Below, piece by piece: positions 1 to 11,288 of a stretch of 64,000 nt of DNA. How positions within the stretch are numbered: position 1 is the first letter of the stretch; every line of letters starts with the position of its first letter. Below the pieces are notes generated by a model that saw nothing but the letters and a program-made list of their open reading frames with translations, did not search any database and was not told the DNA's origin. A program made the translations under genes and the position numbers. Location: NCBI RefSeq assembly GCF_964213995.1, contig NC_135814.1, positions 49,662,001-49,726,000 of the forward strand. Reading direction: 5' to 3'. Source of the DNA: Mustelus asterias. Lineage: Eukaryota.

Positions 1-1528
1 AGCCAATTCCACTCACCCACCACCCTCTGAGTGAAAAACTTACCCCTGACATCTCCTCTGTACCTACTCCCCAGCATCTTAAACCTGTGTCCTCTTGTAG
101 CAGCCATTTCAGCCCTGGGAAAAAGCCTCCGAGAATCCACCCGATCTATACCTCTCAACATCTTGTCCACCTCTATCAGGTCACCTCTCATCCTTCGTCT
201 CTCCAAGGAGAAAAGACCGAGCTCCGTCAACCGATCCTCATAAGGCATGCCAACCAACCCAGGCAACATCCTTGTAAATCTTCTCTGCACGCTTTCAATC
301 ATTTCCACATCCCTCCTGTAATGAGGCGACCAGAACTGAGCACGGTACTCCAAGTGGGGTCTGACAAGGGTCTTATAAAGCTGAATAATTATCTCCCGAC
401 TCCTAAACTCAATCCCTCGATTGATGAAGGCCAGCACACCATACGCCTTCTTAACCACCTCCTCTACCTGCGAGGCCGATTTAAGAGTCCTATAGACCCA
501 GACCCCAAGGTCCTTCTGATCCTCTATACTGCTAAGAGTCTTACCCTTGATATTATACTCCTTCATCCCATTTGACCTGCCAAAATGAACCACTACACAT
601 TTATCCGGGTTGAAGTCCATCTGCCATTTCTCCGCCTAGTCTTGCATCCTATCTATGTCACGCTGCAGCTTCTGACATCCCTCCAACCTATCCACAACAC
701 CACCAACCTTCGTGTCATCGGCAAACTTACCACCCATCCCTCCACTTCCTCATCCAGGTCATTTATGAAAATGACAAACAGCAAGGGTCCCAGAACAGAT
801 CCCTGGGGCACTCCACTGGTGACCGACCTCCATTCAGAAAAAGACCCATCTACAACCACTCTCTGCCTTCCGCAGGCAAGCCAGTTCTGGATCCATAAGG
901 CAACAGCCCCTTGGATCCCATGCCCTCTCACTTTCTTGAGAAGTCTTGCATGGGGGACCTTCTCGAACGCCTTGCTGAAGTCCATGTAAACCACATCTAC
1001 CGCTTTTCCTTTGTCAATGTGTTTAGTCACATTTTCAAAGAACTCCACCAGGCACGTAAGGCACGATTTGTCTTTGACAAAGCCGTGCTGACTACTTTTG
1101 AGCATACTAAACTTCTCTAAATGTTCATAAATCCTGTCCCTCAGGATCTTCTCCATCAACTTACCAACCACTAAAGTTAGACTCACAGGTCAGTAATTTC
1201 CTGGGCTATCCCTATTTCCTTTCTTGAATATAGGAACCACATCCGCAATCCTCCAATCCTCCGGAACCTCTCCCTTCGCCATCGACAACGCAAAGATCAT
1301 CGCCAGAGGCTCTGCAATCTCTTCCCTCACCTCCCACAGTAACCTGGGGTACATCCCATCCAGTCCCGGCAACTTATCTATCTTGATGCTATTCAAAATT
1401 TCCAACACATCCTCTTTCTTAATGTCCACACACTCAATCTTTTCAGTCTGCCTCAATCCTGTAGTACAACCACCCAGGTCTTTTTCCACCGTGAATACCG
1501 AGGTAAAATATTCATTAAGCACCTCTGT
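1..1528 (-). mobile_element. CR1-clade LINE (HER1-like), 5'-truncated ORF2/RT fragment running off the window start
   Basis: Minus-strand translation gives [45 protein letters not shown] and FADDTK. An in-frame TGA at 1190-1192 (GNY*PVSLT, expected R) and a 1-nt frameshift near 730 inactivate it. Confidence 0.95.
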
Positions 1529-2376
1529 TGGGAGTTGGGAGAAGACTTCAGAGACAGCTAAATGTTTTGAAGCAATTCTATTAAGAAACTGGGATTCGAA
1601 AGTTAAAACAATTGACAGTGAGGAGAAACAGTAACCCAAATGAGGCAGAGGAAACTGAAAGGGGTTGGTTCACGGCACGGTGGCACAGTGATTAGCACTA
1701 CTGCCTCACAGCGCTGGAGACCTGGGTTCAATTCCGGTCTCGGGTCACTGCCTGTGTGCAGTTTGCACATTCTCCCCGTGTCTGCGTGGGTTTCCTCCAG
1801 GTGCTCCGGTTTCCTCCCACACTCCAACGATGTGCAGGTTAGGTGGATTGGCTATGCTAAATTGCCCCTTAGTGTCAAGGGGACTAGCTAGGGTAAATGC
1901 ATGGGGATATGGGGATAGGGTCTGGGTGAGATTGTGGTCAGTGCAGACTCGATGGGCCGAATGGCCTCCTTCCACACTGTAGGGATTCTATGAAAATCTT
2001 AACAGGAATCACTGCTAAAAGTGAAGTGAAAACTTGCCTATGAAAATTGTCTGGGGATATTCTGAGGAAGAATCCACAAAACACAAACGTCTGTGCTAAT
2101 GAGACCACTGTAGCTTCCAAATTACTTTGTCATGCATGTTATTCCTAAAACCTGTGTGCATTTTGGTAAGCTAAGGGGAAAGTAAAGGAGTATTCTATTA
2201 TAATCCATTTCTTTCATGTTTAATAAATGTTTTGTCTATTGGTAAAAACTAATTAGTGGTCCTGTACCTCCATTTCCTCCACGTTTGTTTAAAAAAAATA
2301 AGAGTTACAGTCTTTGAGCCAGGGTCCCAATCTGGGATCTTGCCATCCAGTCCTAGCACCAACTGGGTTGGTAACA
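1529..2376 (+). mobile_element. Possible solo LTR remnant, interrupted by a V-SINE
   Basis: Ends in ...GGTTGGTAACA (2376) with AATAAA about 150 nt upstream, an LTR-like layout. The 5' end is obscured by the CR1 and no TSD was found. Confidence 0.3.
1673..1992 (+). mobile_element. HE1-like V-SINE, CR1-type tail
   Basis: tRNA-like head (TGGCACAGTGATTAG, GGTTCAATTCC), V-domain (GTTTGCACATTCTCCCCGTGTCTGCGTGGGTTTCCTCC) and tail GATGGGCCGAATGGCCTCCTT...GGATTCTATGA. Confidence 0.95.
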
Positions 2377-3640
2377 AAGATCAGAACAAGGAGGGAGAAA
2401 GGGGTAATGTAATGTGAACACCACCAGCAAATCTTTACCATAGAACAGCAACTAACACAACCAAAGGTCCTGCATTCAACACAGTCTACACACGTAGAGG
2501 AGCCTATCGGTATAGAGGGAGAAGAAAAATGACCTATCCCCATTCCCACTTCAATCCTTCATAAAGGTTGTCAACTAAACCTTTAACGAGCAGGGTATGG
2601 CAGCCCTATCCACATTCTTCATGATTATTTCAATGTCAGGTCATATCATCCAAAAGAAAGCTGCATTCTAAAACAAGTAAAGACATTCAGCTAATATTGG
2701 TTGCCTCAGAAAAGATCATCAGTCCCAACTAGCAGCTTAGCTAAGATTTCCCAAAACTTATCTACAAAAAGGAACTAAAAAAAAATGCCAAAGGTACCCT
2801 TCAAATCCAGGCCCCCTGACGTATGACCCAATAATAGGGGCTAGAGATAAATTGTGTTATAGGTCTCCAGTTAAACAACAGACTATTCCTATTGTTCCAA
2901 TGCATTTTCTTTTCCAATGCATCAAGCATGACCATAATTCCCTAAATGACTCCGTGAAGTCACTTATCCATAAAAAGCAGGAAGCTTCTAGTTTAATTCT
3001 CAATCTGTGCCACTAACTAATCTCCATTAAGGTGACGGGAGGCAATCCACAATGAGCCTCGGTCTAAACGCGAGGGCAAACATGTTGTAAATGTTAACCA
3101 GCAGGCATTGCTGGAAGTGCTGTTGGTGAGACATTATGTAGGGAAAGATCTGGCTTGGGTTCTCTGTTCATTGATTAACTAACATTCACCATCATGATTT
3201 ATAAATGGATAAATAGCCAATACTGTACTGTACCATAGGACATATGGGAACTGTGTGGAACATCTGCAAGAAGTTAATGTCTTTAGGGGATAAAGGAACA
3301 AAAGTTGGGGATTGGTCATAAAAAACTACAATAAGTGTCCACACTTAATGGATTCTCATATCACAGTTGGAAAGTAGTAACTGATTAAGTGGCACATACA
3401 ACAAAGAGATTACATATTATGCAGTCACTCATGTGGCTCACAGCTGTCTTGGTTCTAAAGTACGATGGTGATAATCAGTTACAAAGTCAGCTCAGACCAC
3501 ACTTTAGCAGAGGAAAATCCAACTAATTGTGGTTACTTGGAATCTGCTCAAGTCAGATGGCCACTGTAACTGCTTGAATACATCAGGCTCCAGGTCAAAG
3601 CCAAGGTTTTTGTTGTCTTTTTGTGCAATTAAGTGTGACA

Positions 3641-4920
3641 TCTGGGCAGGATTGTCCTTCCAGGGTCAGGAAACTGATTTCGGGATCATTCTCATTCCCG
3701 ATCCCAGCCTAGGGTGGGGGTGGAGATGCCACAAGCCAGTGTTTTCACAGGGGCACACTGTTAATTGGCTGGAGGGTGGGCAATTAGCAGCCGCAGGTAC
3801 GGGAATGGAGGTGGGAGTGCAGGCCCAATTTAAATAGATAACAGCTGCTGTTTATCTTCAAGGATACAAGCACCATGATCCCAAAAGAGAGGCCCTGGAT
3901 TCAGATTGCAACGCACACGCCCCCACCTTCTGGCTCTACAAGCTCTCAATGAGCTACTTCACTACCTTAATTGGACTTATTTCTTAATTGGGCCTATTTC
4001 CAGGACCAGTCTTCCCCACAAACGGAAACGCCAGCGGATGGAACTGGGTTAATGCTTTAGTAAGGCATAGCAATCCCTGAGGATTTGCAGAGAGATGTTG
4101 ATAATGGCTGTAATTTTCATTAGGTAGAGTAAACGAGGAGTTCTTGTGGAGTCTGAGCCAGAAGCTTGGGTTCAGGTCCCACCTCAGGATTGATGAATAA
4201 AGAAGGTGCATTCATAGTGTGGCCAAACAGGTTGGACTAAATACTATGGGGGGGGACACCATGTCACATGCTCCACGCCAATGCACCCGGCAGCTGTAAG
4301 TCCCGCCCTTTGGAGCTGCCAGCCACTCCAATTGGCCAGCAGCTCCGTCAATCCCAGCAGCGCCAGGAAGATGTCAGTGTCCACTACCGGGACTGCAGAA
4401 GAGGAAGAAGATGGGTCTCTGGAGCAGATAGGTCTGGGATTTCAGGCTGGTGGGTTCCGGTAGGTATGGGAGAGGGGCGGTGGGGATGGATGGGTTCAAG
4501 GGAAGGGAGCAGGTTGCAAGGAAGTGGAGGTCCAACCTTAGGGTTGACCCCATAATTGGTCAAGGGCAGCCCCTGAAGTGCGACCCCCACACCCCCGGAA
4601 CCCCTTTGTTTCCATCCTTTAAGCACCAGAACTTAGAAAACAATATCGAGCTTCCCACTCTCCCAGCTGCCCAGTCCAAAGGTTTTATGGTAAGTGCAGC
4701 GTATTATCAGGGTCAGCTGGCTTGATAACTCGCCTAACTGACCCTTCATTGTTCATTTAGATTTGGAGGGTGGCACTGTCCACCCACCTGTATCATGATG
4801 ATGAGCGAAGTGGTGGTGGAATGGAGATGCCCACACTCCTCCATACCCCGCATTCCCTCCCTTCACCCAGGTGGGAAACACATTTGCTGGGGGGAGGCAA
4901 AATGGTAAAATATAGCCCGT
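3641..4920. mobile_element. Degraded GC-rich non-autonomous DNA transposon segments (Harbinger-type ends) with an embedded SINE fragment
   Basis: GGGCAGGATT-like start near 3644 and AAAATATAGCCC end near 4918 resemble the terminal inverted repeats (TIRs) of better-preserved copies in the window. A SINE B-box-like GGGTTCAGGTCCC lies near 4170. Confidence 0.35.
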
Positions 4921-5094
4921 TGAGTATCAATTTGTAAATCCTTCCAACATGTTATTGGCAGGTGGTATTGTGGGAGAAATCCCTGGTCAACCACGTGTTG
5001 GAAAGAGAATTGGAGCCTCGACCTTCACCATTCACAGCTCCAGGCCTTAACATTCATGTCAAAGTGCATGTTGCCACAGCAACTTGGACTCCTT

Positions 5095-5290
5095 GGGTGG
5101 GGCTGGCTGGCTCAGTTGGCTGAACAGCCATTGTGGATCAGATTAGTGCCAACAGCATGGGGTTGGATCCCCGTTCCAACTGGGGTAGATTCAGGACCTG
5201 CCTCCTTGCCATACCCATGGTGGAGATTGTAGCAGTGTGGGTTGGACCTGCCTTCAGGCAGAGAACTGTAGCGAAATGGTAAATGAGATC
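5095..5290 (+). mobile_element. tRNA-derived SINE, family distinct from HE1
   Basis: A-box-like TGGCTCAGTTGG (~5108) and B-box-like GGTTGGATCCC (~5161) at tRNA spacing. The body is unrelated to the V-domain. Confidence 0.5.
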
Positions 5291-5718
5291 TCTTTCATTC
5301 AAATGGATATTCTTCAATGGATATTTTTGGATGATGTGATTTTTTTCCCCATTGTGGACAGTCGAGCTTTTGGAAAAAGGGAAAAGATATCATTTTTGAA
5401 GAATGATTTCTTTTTGAACATCTTCTAAATTGGGTTGTCATCTACTGTTTTCAGCATTCCAACCTGCATCAGCACAGACATATTCTTGAACCAATGACTT
5501 GTAAATATTTTACAGGAATGCTTGGGTTTCTGGAAACCTATGGCGCTCCTCTCTCCTCCATCCAAATAAAATATCACCAATCCAAATAAAGACATTATTG
5601 CATAGAAATAGAGTTCCCTTGGTCACAGAGAGCTAGTCACATGCTTCTTTGGTCAATTCAATATGCTGCAACAAATGTTATGATAGGCTTTCAAACCGCT
5701 TGTCATCATTCCTGTGAA

Positions 5719-6047
5719 TTATAGAATCCCTACATTGCAGAAGGAGGCCATTCAGCCCATCGGGTCTACATCGACCACAATCCCACCCAGACCCTATTCC
5801 AGTAACCCCATGTATTTACCCTGCTAATCCCCCTGACACTAGGGTCCATTTAGCATGTTAGCATGGCCAATCGACCTAACCTGCACATCTTTGGGCTGTG
5901 GGAAGAAACTGGAGCATCTGGAGGAAACCCACGCAGACAAGGAGAGAATGTGCAAACTCCACACAGACAGTGACCTGAGGCCGGAATTGAACCCGGGTCC
6001 CTGGCGTTGTGAGGCAGCAGTGCTAACCACTGTGCCACCATGCCGCC
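5719..6047 (-). mobile_element. HE1-like V-SINE, CR1-type tail
   Basis: Full reverse-complement copy of the 1673-1992 element. Confidence 0.95.
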
Positions 6048-6449
6048 CCCATCCAGTGGGATGTCTGTTTTACTTTTTCTTTTGTTATGTGGGTTTTCAA
6101 AATGCATAAAATGCATCAATATTGCTAAATTTATGTAGCAGGCGCTCTGTGGCTTGCTCATACTTGTTCTAATTGTGCTAACGGCAACATTATTTCATCT
6201 ATTAAACAATAAAGCTGGATGGGTTACAGATAAACCATTTAAGCCATGCAAAATATTTAAATCCACAGATGTCAAAATAAACAAACATTACAAACACGGA
6301 TGCGTGACGCTGAACATAAAAGCAATCACTGAGAACTCAGCATCTCACTGCATGTATTTTATGTTGCAGTAATCCATTCTCCGTCCATTTCTCTGCTCTT
6401 ACACTGTACCATTTATTCAACAAGGAAGAGAGTTTTGAATTGGTTTTAC

Positions 6450-6533
6450 CTGGTCACAGATGAGCTCCCACTTCTTCTCATTGTCATACTGCCTCAGCAG
6501 TCTTGCTTTATCGGGAGGAAGGTTCATAGAATT
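6450..6533 (-). CDS. FMNL2: Internal coding exon (exon 2) of a formin-like protein, GTPase-binding domain
   Basis: 84 nt, phase 0/0, translates [28 protein letters not shown]. Acceptor CCCCTTTTTTTTCTTTCTGCAG| and donor CAG|GTAAAA on the minus strand. As I recall them, the peptide matches vertebrate FMNL2 ([28 protein letters not shown]) better than FMNL3 (KWDL) or FMNL1 (KVQLLSQ). The family call is firm, the paralogue call less so. Confidence 0.9.
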
Positions 6534-6748
6534 CTGCAGAAAGAAAAAAAAGGGGTTATTACAACAATTTGTTAAAAAGTTTAATTAATTTTACAAGGTA
6601 GACTTTATTTTAATAGTTTGATCCGAACCATAGTGATTAATAAGAAGTGCTTGTGATAAAATCAATGTAATTTGCACAACAAATTCCACTGACCATGTGC
6701 CTCAATGTTAAACACAAATTGTATTTCAGTGCTGTGAAGAATAGACAT

Positions 6749-6974
6749 AGTAAGAAGTCTCATAACACCGGGTTAAAGTCCAACAGGTTTATTTGGTAGC
6801 ACAAGTCACGAGCTTTCGGAGCACTGCCCCTTCATCCGGTGTTCACCTGATGAATGGGCAGTGCTCTGAATGCTTGTGGCTTGTGCTACCAAATAAACCA
6901 TTTGGACTTTAACCTGGTGTTGTGAGACTTCTTACTGTGTTTACCCCAGTCCAACACCGGCATCTCCACATCAC
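6749..6974. mobile_element. Penelope-derived non-autonomous fold-back element (two inverted pseudo-LTR ends plus tail)
   Basis: Arms 6749-6841 and 6844-6936 are inverted copies of the 3' end of the Penelope at 26545-26646. A 38-nt tail follows. The 10-bp direct repeat GAATAGACAT flanks it at 6739-6748 and 6975-6984. Confidence 0.9.
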
Positions 6975-7019
6975 GAATAGACATGGCAAGTTACAATGCT
7001 AAATCAAATAGATTATTTG

Positions 7020-7333
7020 TTTATTTATTAGCTTATTTACTAATGTCATAAGGAGGCTTACATTAACACTGAAATGAAATTACTGTGAAAATCCCGCAGT
7101 CGCCACACTCCAGCGCCTGTTCGGGTACAACAAGGGAGAATTTAGCATGGCCAATCAACCTAACCAGTACGCCTTTTGGACTGTGGGAGGAAACTGGTGA
7201 ACCCGGAGGCAACCCATGCAGACACGGGGAGAACGTGCAGACTCCGCACAGACAGTTACCCAAGCCAGGAATCGAACCTGGGTCCCTGACGCTGTGAGGC
7301 AACAGTGCTAACCACTGTGCCACCGTGTTGCCC
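7020..7333 (-). mobile_element. V-SINE with alternative (non-CR1) tail
   Basis: HE1 head and V-domain, but the tail reads ...GTGTGGCGACTGCGGGATTTTCACAGTAA...AGTGTTAATGTAAGCC...AATAAA on the minus strand. Confidence 0.9.
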
Positions 7334-7359
7334 AATGCTATTGCAAGTAGAAGCAAAAC

Positions 7360-7670
7360 TGGCTAGGGAATCTAGAACATGGGGGAACACTCTCAGGATA
7401 AGAGTGAGGGGGAAGTGGGGGAGGAATGCAATCAATTAGGATTGAGATGAGGGAGAACTTTTTTCATTCAAAGGGCAGTGGGTCTTTGGGATTCTGTACC
7501 CCAGAGGATCATGGCAGTTCCACTGCTGAATATATTTAACACTGAGATACAGATTTTTTTTTGTCTTTCAGGGAATCAGGTGGGAAAGCAGAATTGAGAC
7601 AGAAGATCAGCCATGATCATATACAGGCTTCAGGGCAACTCCCACTCCTGTTTCTCATCTTATTATGTTT
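7360..7670 (+). mobile_element. Old CR1 3'-end fragment
   Basis: GAATCTAGAACATGGGGG...GAGATGAGGGAGAACTTTTTTCATTCAAAGGGCAGTG...TGGGATTC resembles the ESRTRGH...FFTQRVV..WN C-terminus of CR1 ORF2. Confidence 0.7.
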
Positions 7671-8333
7671 CTTAAGACAAGAGTGATTTGTAAGCATCAA
7701 TCTCAATATCAAGATTGGATTGCAATATTTAATATCCTCCAAAGAACAGTACAGCACAGGAACAGGCCCTTCGGCCCACTAAGTCTGTGCCGACACAGAT
7801 GCCTCTCTAATCTAATATTTCCTTGTCTCTATGTGATCCATATCCCTCTATTCCCTGCCTATTCATGTATCTAATCAGATGCCTCTTGAACGTTGTTATA
7901 GAATCTGCTTCCACCACCTCCCCCGGCAGTGCATTCCAGACACTCACCACCTTCTGTGTGAAAAACTTGCCCCTTTCATCTCTTTTAAACTTTCCCCTTC
8001 TCACTTTCAACCTATGCCCCTGAATAATTGACCCTTCAACCCTGGGAAAAAGACTGACTATGCACTCTATCCAAACCTATCATAATCTTGTAAACCTGTA
8101 TCAAGTTCCAGCCGATTTATATCCTGCTGTATCCTCCTCGCTATTCGCTACTCCCCCACTTTTTGTATCATCTGCAAATTTACACATCAGACCACGTACA
8201 TTTTCCTCCATATCATTTATATATATTACAAACAACAGAGGCCCCAGCACTGATCCTTGTGGAACACCACTTGTCATAGACCTCCAGTTAGAAAAATACC
8301 CTTCCACTGCTACTCTCTGCTTTCTATGCCCAA

Positions 8334-8508
8334 TAAGAAGTCTCAGAACACCAGGTTAAAGTCCAACAGGTTTATTTGGTAGCAAAAGCCACTAGCTTTC
8401 GGAGCGCTGCTCCTTCGTCAGGTAAGTGGGAGTTCTGTTCACAGACAGGGCATATAAAGACACAAACTCAATTTACAAAATAATGGTTGGAATGAGTCTT
8501 CCGCAAAC
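8334..8508 (-). mobile_element. Penelope 3' pseudo-LTR fragment inserted in CR1
   Basis: Reverse complement of ~26470-26646. The 12-bp TSD TTCTATGCCCAA lies at 8322-8333 and 8509-8520. Confidence 0.9.
8390..8424 (-). ncRNA. Minimal type I hammerhead ribozyme motif (Penelope-associated)
   Basis: Minus strand UAC-CUGACGA-A-GGAGC-AGC-GCUCC-GAAA-GCUA-GUG has the intact CUGANGA and GAAA cores, a 5-bp stem II, a palindromic AGCU stem III and a 3-bp stem I. Confidence 0.7.
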
Positions 8509-8684
8509 TTCTATGCCCAAGCCAGTTTTGTATCCATCTTACCAGCTCACTCAGATCCCATATGATTTCACCTTCTGTATCAGCCTGCCATGAGGAACCT
8601 TATCCAAGGCTTTACGAAAGTCCATGTATGCAACATCCACTACCCTGCCCTGGTCAATTTTTCTTGTCACTTCCTCAAAGGGGA

Positions 8685-8823
8685 AGGCAGTGGCGTAGTG
8701 GTATTATCGCTGGACTAGTAATCCAGAGACCCAGGGTAATGCTCTCAGGATCGGGGTTCGAATCTGATCGTCATAGGCAGGGAAATTTGAATTAATAAAA
8801 ATCTGGAATTAAAAGTCTAATGT
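8685..8823 (+). mobile_element. tRNA-SINE family B, 5' half
   Basis: GGCAGTGGCGTAGTGG A-box and GGGTTCGAATC B-box. Same family as the minus-strand copy at 18300-18630. Confidence 0.8.
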
Positions 8824-8845
8824 CATTTGTTGCGGGTATAATTTT

Positions 8846-8995
8846 GGGGCGGCACGGTAGCACAGTGGTTGGGGCGGCACGGGAGCGCAGTGGTTGGGGC
8901 GGCACGGGAGCGCAGTGGTTGGGGCGGCACGGGAGCGCAGTGGTTGGGGCGGCACGGGAGCGCAGTGGTTGGGGCGGCACGGGAGCGCAGTGGTT
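8846..8995 (+). repeat. Six tandem 25-bp copies of the SINE 5' end (A-box)
   Basis: GGGGCGGCACGGTAGCACAGTGGTT followed by five copies of GGGGCGGCACGGGAGCGCAGTGGTT. Confidence 0.97.
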
Positions 8996-9303
8996 AGCAC
9001 TGCTGCTTCACAGCTCCAGGGTCCCGGGTTTGATTCCCGGCTCGGGTCACTGCCTGTGTGGAGTTTGCACATTCTCCTCGTGTCTGCGTGGGTTTCCTCC
9101 AGGTGCTCCGGTTTCCTCCCACAGTCCAAAGATGTGCGGGTTAGGTTGATTGGCCAGGTTAAAAATTGCCCCTTAGAATCCTAAAATGCGTAGGTTAGAG
9201 GGATTAGCGGGTAAATATGTGGGGGTAGGGTCTGGGTGGGATTGTGGTCGGTGCAGACTCGATGGGCCGAATGGCCTCCTTCTGCACTGTAGGATTTCTA
9301 TGA
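8846..9303 (+). mobile_element. HE1-like V-SINE, CR1-type tail, with multiplied head
   Basis: Head, V-domain and GATGGGCCGAATGGCCTCCTTCTGCACTGTAGGATTTCTATGA tail. Confidence 0.95.
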
Positions 9304-11039
9304 TTAAAAAGAACTCCAAGAAAGTAGCTGTAAAATATACAATAATATGAAGCTTGTACAGTTAACTTTGTTCTACTGTCTGTCCACAGCATAGTCAGTG
9401 TGATCAGAGAATTGAAGAATGTAACAAATTTAGACATATAACATCAAATAAATGGTCTACAGAAATGTACATGCCAACCATCAGTATTTCACACTTCAGC
9501 AAGGTTAACCAAAATCAGCTTGGGCTTGACCTTCTGAGAAATAGGGGCCAGAGTACTTTGCTTCAATGGTCCAAGCTCACGCCACAAGCACATGTAAGTA
9601 AATTGTACCTCCCTCTTTCAACCAATCAACTGATCAATCTTAAATCACAAGGGCGGAACCTTCATAAGACCTGGCATGCTGGGAGGATTTTAGTCGAAAT
9701 CTGGTTCTGGCCAATACTAGGAATCAGGAGAGACCGTGCAAAAAACCAAACAAAATGAAACGGGTTTTCACAAATAAGGTCATAGCCGACAACGTATCCT
9801 CAGTAATTTCTGTGTCACAGGCAAATCACCTCATCCAGTCTAGTTCCACAATAACCCATTTGCTGTTACAAAGTGGGGGAGGGGGATATTTTAACTTCCA
9901 AATACAGGTGGGTTTGGATCAGGTTGATGTGATAATGTTAATAATAATCTGAATCCCAAACTCCATCCACCTCCAACCTATTTGTGGCTTTAATGGGGGT
10001 GAGACAGGGAGCATGTAACCAACCTTCTTTCAGGAGGCAGATTAGCAATTCAATTAGAAACTTCTGTTCCTATTTTGTATGTTTGTGTCTGCCTCATATT
10101 TAAGCACCATTTGAAATTTAACCATGGCCAGCTGGGTTTTCCAGGTCCTGTTCTGGGAAATTTGCCAGCTGAAGGATATAGCTGCTTCAGTAATCTACCC
10201 TGCAATCCGACAAGCTCCAACTGCGCCACCCCCCCCCCCCCCCCCCCACCCCACTGCCAACCAGCTCAACCATACGGTTTCAATCTCCTGCTCTTCCCAT
10301 CCCACTCCCCCAAACCCTTCCAGTCTCCCCCGCAAGGCTGCCAGGCTGCCTCCAGCCTCCAATCCCCCAACCTCCAATTTTCCTCCACGCCCAAACCCCG
10401 ATTTTCCCAGGCCCCTCTCTCTGCTCCCCAGTTGCAGCCTGTCACCAAAGGCCTGTGCCTGACAGCCAGACTCTAAATTCGACAGGACTTTCAGGAAACC
10501 TGTTTCTTTGGGTTTCTTAATCTCAAAATCTGCATCCTCCCCACCAGCCTCCTGCCACCTCTTGCCTCAGTGTTAATATCAAGGCCAAATTCTCAGCGAT
10601 TAGCAGAGATCACTTCTCTGATATGGCTGCGTTAACATGTTGAATTCCAAACATAATCTGATTGAAAATAATGATACCTGGAGCCACTTTTAAGCATGCA
10701 CCATTATTTTCCCAAAATGGTTTCACCTCCAAAATAAATGGCACAACTTAGAAGCAAGATCCAATCGAGTATTTTAAATATTCATCTGAGAAAAGCATCA
10801 TATTTTGTATTAGAATGAGCATAAAAACAAGGTTAAAATAATAAGGGAAGGGTTAGGATGAAGATCTTTCATAAGAGGGACAGTCGATGAGGAGACTCAG
10901 TAGCAACCTTATGACTGAGGTGTGCAACCCAGTTCACAATGATCAACAGAGGTGGTTAAGCATCTGCATTCCACGAGCAATACATTGATTGTCACTCCGA
11001 CAACTCAACCTTTAAAGCACAAGGAATCTCTCAGAAAAC

Positions 11040-11212
11040 TGGCTTAAAATCCTGGAACTCCCTCCCCAATAACGCTGTGGATGTACCTACACCACATGGA
11101 CGGCAGCAGTTCAAGAAGTCAGCTAACCACCACCTTCTCAAGAGCAATTAGGGATGGGCAATAAGTGCTGGCCTGGCCAGCGACGCCCACATTCTGTGAT
11201 GAATTAAAAAAT
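11040..11212 (+). mobile_element. 3' end of a second LINE family (partner of SINE family B)
   Basis: TGGAACTCCCTCCCC (WNSLP)...TTCAAGAAG...CACCACCTTCTC, then GCAATTAGGGATGGGCAATAA, a tail shared with 18305-18335 and 53440-53475 on the minus strand. Confidence 0.8.
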
Positions 11213-11288
11213 GGATATCCAGGACCACTTAGCATTTACACCTTCCCCCTATGGTGTGGGCATATAGCACCTACTGTTTGTACTTCAC

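Larger units (their letters stand above)
7740..8680 (-). mobile_element. CR1 LINE fragment with an internal deletion (~8105) and a nested Penelope end
   Basis: ORF pieces GKFFTQKVVSVWNALP and [14 protein letters not shown]...KFADDTK. The CR1 3' tail is at ~7740-7800. Confidence 0.92.

Noticed and set aside
1673-1750. tRNA genes at SINE heads
   Set aside because: A and B boxes are present, but they continue into SINE bodies with no acceptor stem or cloverleaf closure.
8846-8995. CRISPR-like array of 25-bp repeats
   Set aside because: The repeats are directly adjacent with no spacers, equal the SINE 5' end, and sit in vertebrate DNA with no cas genes.
10075-10476. Polyproline ORF resembling a formin FH1 domain
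   Set aside because: It is on the wrong strand and in the wrong position for the FMNL gene (FH1 lies far downstream of exon 2), and comes from a poly-C tract in degraded repeat sequence.
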